From Eledone cirrhosa (lineage: Eukaryota), in NCBI GenBank assembly GCA_964016885.1, contig OZ024743.1:93558001-93622000 (forward strand): a stretch of DNA of 64,000 nt, read 5' to 3'. How positions within the stretch are numbered: the stretch's first letter is position 1; the number at the start of each line of letters is the position of its first letter. Both the position numbers and the translations under genes were made by a program. The notes below the pieces were generated by a model. That model did no database searches. It saw only the letters and a list, made by a program, of their open reading frames with translations, and was not told the DNA's origin. Below are positions 54,701 to 64,000 of this stretch, piece after piece.

Positions 54701-57700
54701 TAATAACTTATAGTATATTAATTTAGGTATATAACAGGTGTGGGAGATAATAACTTATAGTATATTAATTTAGGTATATAACAGGTGAGAGAGATAATAA
54801 CTTATAGTATATTAATTTGGGCTGATAACAGGTGAGAGAGATAATAACTTTTAGTATATTAATTTAGGTATATAACAGGTGAGAGAAATAATAACTTATA
54901 GTATATTAATTTAGGCTGATAACAGGTGAGAGAGATAATAACTTATAGTATATTAATTTAGGCTGATAACAGGTGGGAGAGATAATAACTTATAGTATAT
55001 TAATTTAGGCTGATAACAGGTGAGAGAGATAATAACTTATAGTATATTAATTTAGGTATATAACAGGTGAGAGAGATAATAACTTATAGTATATTAATTT
55101 AGGTATATAACAGGTGAGGGAGATAATAACTTATAGTATATTAATTTAGGCTGATAACAGGTGAGAGAGATAATAACTTATAGTATATTAATTTAGGTAT
55201 ATAACAGGTGAGAGAGATAATAACTTATAGTATATTAATTTAGGTATATAACAGGTGAGAGAGATAATAACTTATAGTATATTAATTTAGGCTGATAACA
55301 GGAGAGAGAGATAATAACTTATAGTATATTAATTTAGGTATATAACAGGTGAGAGAGATAATAACTTATAGTATATTAATTTAGGCTTATAACAGGTGAG
55401 AGAGATAATAACTTATAGTATATTAATTTAGGTATATAACAGGTGAGAGAGATAATAACTTATAGTATATTAATTTAGGTATATAACAGGTGAGAGAGAT
55501 AATAACTTATAGTATATTAATTTAGGCTGATAACAGGTGAGAGAGATAATAACTTATAGTATATTAATTTAGGCTGATAACAGGTGCGAGAGATAATAAC
55601 TTATAGTATATTAATTTAGGTATATAACAGGTGAGGGAGATAATAACTTATAGTATATTAATTTAGGTATATAACAGGTGAGAGAGATAATAACTTATAG
55701 TATATTAATTTAGGCTGATAACAGGTGAGAGAGATAATAACTTATAGTATATTAATTTAGGCTTATAACAGGTGAGAGAGATAATAACTTATAGTATATT
55801 AATTTAGGTATATAACAGGTGAGGGAGATAATAACTTATAGTATATTAATTTAGGCTGATAACAGGTGAGAGAGATAATAACTTATAGTATATTAATTTA
55901 GGTATATAACAGGTGTGGGAGATAATAACTTATAGTATATTAATTTAGGTATATAACAGGTGAGAGAGATAATAACTTATAGTATATTAATTTAGGCTGA
56001 TAACAGGTGAGAGAGATAATAACTTATAGTATATTAATTTAGGTATATAACAGGTGAGAGAAATAATAACTTATAGTATATTAATTTAGGCTGATAACAG
56101 GTGAGAGAGATAATAACTTATAGTATATTAATTTAGGCTGATAACAGGTGAGAGAGATAATAACTTATAGTATATTAATTTAGGCTGATAACAGGTGAGA
56201 GAGATAATAACTTATAGTATATTAATTTAGGCTGATAACAGGTGAGAGAGATAATAACTTATAGTATATTAATTTAGGTATATAACAGGTGAGAGAGATA
56301 ATAACTTATAGTATATTAATTTAGGTATATAACAGGTGAGGGAGATAATAACTTATAGTATATTAATTTAGGCTGATAACAGGTGAGAGAGATAATAACT
56401 TATAGTATATTAATTTAGGTATATAACAGGTGAGAGAGATAATAACTTATAGTATATTAATTTAGGTATATAACAGGTGAGAGAGATAATAACTTATAGT
56501 ATATTAATTTAGGCTGATAACAGGAGAGAGAGATAATAACTTATAGTATATTAATTTAGGTATATAACAGGTGAGAGAGATAATAACTTATAGTATATTA
56601 ATTTAGGCTTATAACAGGTGAGAGAGATAATAACTTATAGTATATTAATTTAGGCTGATAACAGGTGAGAGAGATAATAACTTATAGTATATTAATTTAG
56701 GCTGATAACAGGTGAGAGAGATAATAACTTATAGTATATTAATTTAGGTATATAACAGGTGAGGGAGATAATAACTTATAGTATATTAATTTAGGCTGAT
56801 AACAGGTGAGAGAGATAATAACTTATAGTATATTAATTTAGGTATATAACAGGTGAGAGAGATAATAACTTATAGTATATTAATTTAGGTATATAACAGG
56901 TGAGAGAAATAATAACTTATAGTATATTAATTTAGGCTGATAACAGGTGAGAGAGATAATAACTTATAGTATATTAATTTAGGCTGATAACAGGTGAGAG
57001 AGATAATAACTTATAGTATATTAATTTAGGTATATAACAGGTGAGAGAGATAATAACTCATAGTATATTAATTTAGGCTGATAACAGGTGAGAGAGATAA
57101 TAACTTATAGTATATTAATTTAGGCTGATAACAGGTGAGAGAGATAATAACTTATAGTATATTAATTTAGGCTGATAACAGGTGGGAGAGATAATAACTT
57201 ATAGTATATTAATTTAGGCTTATAACAGGTGAGAGAGATAATAATTTATAGTATATTAATTTAGGCTTATAACAGGTGAGAGAGATAATAACTTATAGTA
57301 TATTAATTTAGGCTTATAACAGGTGAGAGAGATAATAACTTATAGTATATTAATTTAGGCTTATAACAGGTGAGAGAGATAATAACTTATAGTATATTAA
57401 TTTAGGCTTATAACAGGTGAGAGAGATAATAACTTATAGTATATTAATTTAGGTATATAACAGGTGAGAGAGATAATAACTTATAGTATATTAATTTAGG
57501 TATATAACAGGTGAGAGAGATAATAACTTATAGTATATTAATTTAGGCTTATAACAGGTGAGAGAGATAATAACTTATAGTATATTAATTTAGGTTTATA
57601 ACAGGTGAGGGAGATAATAACTTATAGTATATTAATTTAGACTGATAACAGGTGAGAGAGATAATAACTTATAGTATATTAATTTAGGCTGATAACAGGT

Positions 57701-60700
57701 GAGAGAGATAATAACTTATAGTATATTAATTTAGGTTTATAACAGGTGAGGGATATAATAACTTATAGTATATTAATTTAGACTGATAACAGGTGAGAGA
57801 GATAATAACTTATAGTATATTAATTTAGGTATATAACAGGTGTGGGAGATAATAACTTATAGTATATTAATTTAGGTATATAACAGGTGAGAGAGATAAT
57901 AACTTATAGTATATTAATTTAGGCTGATAACAGGTGAGAGAGATAATAACTTATAGTATATTAATTTAGGCTGATAACAGGAGAGAGAGATAATAACTTA
58001 TAGTATATTAATTTAGGTATATAACAGGTGAGAGAGATAATAACTTATAGTATATTAATTTAGGCTTATAACAGGTGAGAGAGATAATAACTTATAGTAT
58101 ATTAATTTAGGTATATAACAGGTGAGAGAGATAATAACTTATAGTATATTAATTTAGGTATATAACAGGTGAGAGAGATAATAACTTATAGTATATTAAT
58201 TTAGGCTGATAACAGGTGAGAGAGATAATAACTTATAGTATATTAATTTAGGCTGATAACAGGTGAGAGAGATAATAACTTATAGTATATTAATTTAGGC
58301 TGATAACAGGTGAGAGAGATAATAACTTATAGTATATTAATTTAGGCTGATAACAGGTGAGAGAGATAATAACTTATAGTATATTAATTTAGGCTGATAA
58401 CAGGTGAGAGAGATAATAACTTATAGTATATTAATTTAGGCTTATAACAGGTGAGAGAGATAATAACTTATAGTATATTAATTTAGGTATATAACAGGTG
58501 AGGGAGATAATAACTTATAGTATATTAATTTAGGCTGATAACAGGTGAGAGAGATAATAACTTATAGTATATTAATTTAGGTATATAACAGGTGTGGGAG
58601 ATAATAACTTATAGTATATTAATTTAGGTATATAACAGGTGAGAGAGATAATAACTTATAGTATATTAATTTAGGCTGATAACAGGTGAGAGAGATAATA
58701 ACTTATAGTATATTAATTTAGGTATATAACAGGTGAGAGAAATAATAACTTATAGTATATTAATTTAGGCTGATAACAGGTGAGAGAGATAATAACTTAT
58801 AGTATATTAATTTAGGCTGATAACAGGTGAGAGAGATAATAACTTATAGTATATTAATTTAGGCTGATAACAGGTGAGAGAGATAATAACTTATAGTATA
58901 TTAATTTAGGCTGATAACAGGTGAGAGAGATAATAACTTATAGTATATTAATTTAGGTATATAACAGGTGAGAGAGATAATAACTTATAGTATATTAATT
59001 TAGGTATATAACAGGTGAGGGAGATAATAACTTATAGTATATTAATTTAGGCTGATAACAGGTGAGAGAGATAATAACTTATAGTATATTAATTTAGGTA
59101 TATAACAGGTGAGAGAGATAATAACTTATAGTATATTAATTTAGGTATATAACAGGTGAGAGAGATAATAACTTATAGTATATTAATTTAGGCTGATAAC
59201 AGGAGAGAGAGATAATAACTTATAGTATATTAATTTAGGTATATAACAGGTGAGAGAGATAATAACTTATAGTATATTAATTTAGGCTTATAACAGGTGA
59301 GAGAGATAATAACTTATAGTATATTAATTTAGGTATATAACAGGTGAGAGAGATAATAACTTATAGTATATTAATTTAGGTATATAACAGGTGAGAGAGA
59401 TAATAACTTATAGTATATTAATTTAGGCTGATAACAGGTGAGAGAGATAATAACTTATAGTATATTAATTTAGGCTGATAACAGGTGCGAGAGATAATAA
59501 CTTATAGTATATTAATTTAGGTATATAACAGGTGAGAGAGATAATAACTTATAGTATATTAATTTAGGCTGATAACAGGTGAGAGAGATAATAACTTATA
59601 GTATATTAATTTAGGCTGATAACAGGTGAGAGAGATAATAACTTATAGTATATTAATTTAGGCTGATAACAGGTGAGAGAGATAATAACTTATAGTATAT
59701 TAATTTAGGCTTATAACAGGTGAGAGAGATAATAACTTATAGTATATTAATTTAGGCTGATAACAGGTGAGAGAGATAATAACTTATAGTATATTAATTT
59801 AGGCTGATAACAGGTGAGAGAGATAATAACTTATAGTATATTAATTTAGGTATATAACAGGTGAGGGAGATAATAACTTATAGTATATTAATTTAGGCTG
59901 ATAACAGGTGAGAGAGATAATAACTTATAGTATATTAATTTAGGTATATAACAGGTGAGAGAGATAATAACTTATAGTATATTAATTTAGGTATATAACA
60001 GGTGAGAGAAATAATAACTTATAGTATATTAATTTAGGCTGATAACAGGTGAGAGAGATAATAACTTATAGTATATTAATTTAGGGTGATAACAGGTGAG
60101 AGAGATAATAACTTATAGTATATTAATTTAGGCTGATAACAGGTGAGAGAGATAATAACTCATAGTATATTAATTTAGGCTGATAACAGGTGAGAGAGAT
60201 AATAACTTATAGTATATTAATTTAGGCTGATAACAGGTGAGAGAGATAATAACTTATAGTATATTAATTTAGGCTGATAACAGGTGGGAGAGATAATAAC
60301 TTATAGTATATTAATTTAGGCTTATAACAGGTGAGAGAGATAATAATTTATAGTATATTAATTTAGGCTTATAACAGGTGAGAGAGATAATAACTTATAG
60401 TATATTAATTTAGGCTTATAACAGGTGAGAGAGATAATAACTTATAGTATATTAATTTAGGCTGATAACAGGTGAGAGAGATAATAACTTATAGTATATT
60501 AATTTAGGCTTATAACAGGTGAGAGAGATAATAACTTATAGTATATTAATTTAGGCTTATAACAGGTGAGAGAGATAATAACTTATAGTATATTAATTTA
60601 GGTATATAACAGGTGAGAGAGATAATAACTTATAGTATATTAATTTAGGTATATAACAGGTGAGAGAGATAATAACTTATAGTATATTAATTTAGGCTTA

Positions 60701-63700
60701 TAACAGGTGAGAGAGATAATAACTTATAGTATATTAATTTAGGTATATAACAGGTGAGAGAGATAATAACTTATAGTATATTAATTTAGGCTTATAACAG
60801 CTGAGAGAGATAATAACTTATAGTATATTAATTTAGGTATATAACAGGTGAGAGAGATAATAACTTATAGTATATTAATTTAGGCTTATAACAGGTGAGA
60901 GAGATAATAACTTATAGTATATTAATTTAGGCTGATAACAGGTGAGAGAGATAATAACTTATAGTATATTAATTTAGGCTGATAACAGGTGAGAGAGATA
61001 ATAACTTATAGTATATTAATTTAGGTATATAACAGGTGAGAGAGATAATAACTTATAGTATATTAATTTAGGCTTATAACAGGTGAGAGAGATAATAACT
61101 TATAGTATATTAATTTAGGCTTATAACAGGTGAGAGAGATAATAACTTATAGTATATTAATTTAGGTATATAACAGGTGAGAGAGATAATAACTTATAGT
61201 ATATTAATTTAGGCTTATAACAGGTGAGAGAGATAATAACTTATAGTATATTAATTTAGGTATATAACAGGTGAGAGAGATAATAACTTATAGTATATTA
61301 ATTTAGGTATATAACAGGTGAGAGAGATAATAACTTATAGTATATTAATTTAGGCTTATAACAGGTGAGAGAGATAATAACTTATAGTATATTAATTTAG
61401 GCTTATAACAGGTGAGAGAGATAATAACTTATAGTATATTAATTTAGGTATATAACAGGTGAGGGAGATAATAACTTATAGTATATTAATTTAGGCTGAT
61501 AACAGGTGAGAGAGATAATAACTTATAGTATATTAATTTAGGTATATAACAGGTGTGGGAGATAATAACTTATAGTATATTAATTTAGGTATATAACAGG
61601 TGAGAGAGATAATAACTTATAGTATATTAATTTAGGCTGATAACAGGTGAGAGAGATAATAACTTATAGTATATTAATTTAGGCTGATAACAGGTGAGAG
61701 AGATAATAACTTATTGTATATTAATTTAGGTATATAACAGGTGAGAGAGATAATAACTTATAGTATATTAATTTAGGTATATAACAGGTGAGAGAGATAA
61801 TAACTTATAGTATATTAATTTAGGCTGATAACAGGAGAGAGAGATAATAACTTATAGTATATTAATTTAGGTATATAACAGGTGAGAGAGATAATAACTT
61901 ATAGTATATTAATTTAGGCTTATAACAGGTGAGAGAGATAATAACTTATAGTATATTAATTTAGGTATATAACAGGTGAGAGAGATAATAACTTATAGTA
62001 TATTAATTTAGGTATATAACAGGTGAGAGAGATAATAACTTATAGTATATTAATTTAGGCTGATAACAGGTGAGAGAGATAATAACTTATAGTATATTAA
62101 TTTAGGCTGATAACAGGTGAGAGATAATAACTTATAGTATATTAATTTAGGCTGATAACAGGTGAGAGAGATAATAACTTATAGTATATTAATTTAGGCT
62201 GATAACAGGTGAGAGAGATAATAACTTATAATATATTAATTTAGGCTTATAACAGGTGAGAGAGATAATAACTTATAGTATATTAATTTAGGCTGATAAC
62301 AGGTGAGAGAGATAATAACTTATAGTATATTAATTTAGGTATATAACAGGTGAGGGAGATAATAACTTATAGTATATTAATTTAGGCTGATGACAGGTGA
62401 GAGAGATAATAACTTATAGTATATTAATTTAGGTATATAACAGGTGGGAGATAATAACTTATAGTATATTAATTTAGGTATATAACAGGTGAGAGAGATA
62501 ATAGCTTATAGTATATTAATTTAGGCTGATAACAGGTGAGAGAGATAATAACTTATAGTATATTAATTTAGGTATATAACAGGTGAGAGAGATGATAACT
62601 TATAGTATATTAATTTAGACTGATAACAGGTGAGAGAGATAATAACTTATAGTATATTAATTTAGGCTAATAACAGGTGAGAGAGATAATAACTTATAGT
62701 ATATTAATTTAGGCTGATAACAGGTGAGAGAGATAATAACTTATAGTATATTAATTTAGGCTGATAACAGGTGAGAGAGATAATAACTTATAGTATATTA
62801 ATTTAGGCTGATAACAGGTGAGAGAGATAATAACTTATAGTATATTAATTTAGGTTTATAACAGGTGAGGGAGATAATAACTTATAGTATATTAATTTAG
62901 ACTGATAACAGGTGAGAGAGATAATAACTTATAGTATATTAATTTAGGCTGATAACAGGTGAGAGAGATAATAACTTATAGTATATTAATTTAGGTTTAT
63001 AACAGGTGAGGGAGATAATAACTTATAGTATATTAATTTAGACTGATAACAGGTGAGAGAGATAATAACTTATAGTATATTAATTTAGGTATATAACAGG
63101 TGTGGGAGATAATAACTTATAGTATATTAATTTAGGTATATAACAGGTGAGAGAGATAATAACTTATAGTATATTAATTTAGGCTGATAACAGGTGAGAG
63201 AGATAATAACTTATAGTATATTAATTTAGGCTGATAACAGGAGAGAGAGATAATAACTTATAGTATATTAATTTAGGTATATAACAGGTGAGAGAGATAA
63301 TAACTTATAGTATATTAATTTAGGCTTATAACAGGTGAGAGAGATAATAACTTATAGTATATTAATTTAGGTATATAACAGGTGAGAGAGATAATAACTT
63401 ATAGTATATTAATTTAGGTATATAACAGGTGAGAGAGATAATAACTTATAGTATATTAATTTAGGCTGATAACAGGTGAGAGAGATAATAACTTATAGTA
63501 TATTAATTTAGGCTGATAACAGGTGAGAGAGATAATAACTTATAGTATATTAATTTAGGCTGATAACAGGTGAGAGAGATAATAACTTATAGTATATTAA
63601 TTTAGGCTGATAACAGGTGAGAGAGATAATAACTTATAGTATATTAATTTAGGCTGATAACAGGTGAGAGAGATAATAACTTATAGTATATTAATTTAGG

Positions 63701-64000
63701 CTGATAACAGGTGAGAGAGATAATAACTTATAGTATATTAATTTAGGTATATAACAGGTGAGAGAGATAATAAGTTATAGTATATTAATTTAGGCTTATA
63801 ACAGGTGAGAGAGATAATAACTTATAGTATATTAATTTAGGTATATAACAGGTGAGAGAGATAATAACTTATAGTATATTAATTTAGGCTGATAACAGGT
63901 GAGAGAGATAATAACTTATAGTATATTAATTTAGGTATATAACAGGTGTGGGAGATAATAACTTATAGTATATTAATTTAGGTATATAACAGGTGAGAGA
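3714..64000. repeat. 47-bp AT-rich satellite DNA array, ~1,280 copies, continuing beyond the window
   Basis: Monomer attaatttagg[CTG/CTT/TAT]ataacaggtgagagagataataacttatagtat with period 47 (attaattt at 3714 and 3761). 60,287/47 is about 1,283 units; 23-28% GC. All copies are head-to-tail; I saw no inversions or inserted elements, and the ORF track has no ORFs here. Confidence 0.99.

Noticed and set aside
3714-64000. CRISPR-like array or information-storing cassette
   Set aside because: There are no unique spacers: units are contiguous 47-mers differing by 1-3 nt. No cas genes, the context is eukaryotic, and the variant order is explained by block duplications.
3714-64000. Coding tandem repeat or array of micro-exons on + (tttAG|gctgataaCAG|GTGAG)
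   Set aside because: The period is not a multiple of 3, stops are frequent and no ORF is called. The implied introns would be only 36 nt, and the orientation is antisense to the only gene seen.
3714-64000. Centromere/telomere identity or nucleosome phasing (4x47=188 bp)
   Set aside because: No TTAGGG repeats, no 3- or 4-monomer periodicity evident among variants, and centromere function cannot be inferred from sequence alone.

Overview
Eukaryotic (animal) genomic DNA. The SINE and LINE families resemble those I recall from octopus genomes, but the taxon is inferred. Only the first ~3.7 kb is non-tandem sequence. It holds (i) the terminal coding exon of an ABCG2-like half ABC transporter on the minus strand (1204-1366, with a clean splice acceptor), (ii) two SINE remnants, (iii) an AT-rich fold-back palindrome (1439-1666) interrupted by a 45-bp inverted LINE tail, and (iv) a 5'-truncated, decayed RTE-type LINE (1667-2828) with a PHD-type zinc finger inside its RT region. 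From 3714 to the window end (>60 kb, ~1,280 copies) the sequence is one very homogeneous 47-bp satellite. I found no upstream exon before the array, so it appears to lie inside the last intron of the ABCG2-like gene. The array is built from three main monomer types (CTG/CTT/TAT) plus rare linked variants. These reveal a mosaic of multi-kb duplications of 42, 50, 53, 56, 73 and 87 monomers rather than one fixed higher-order repeat. There is no CRISPR array, RNA gene or prokaryotic system. I found no clear new protein-coding system; the most unusual items are the giant intronic satellite and the palindrome/LINE compound structure next to the exon.
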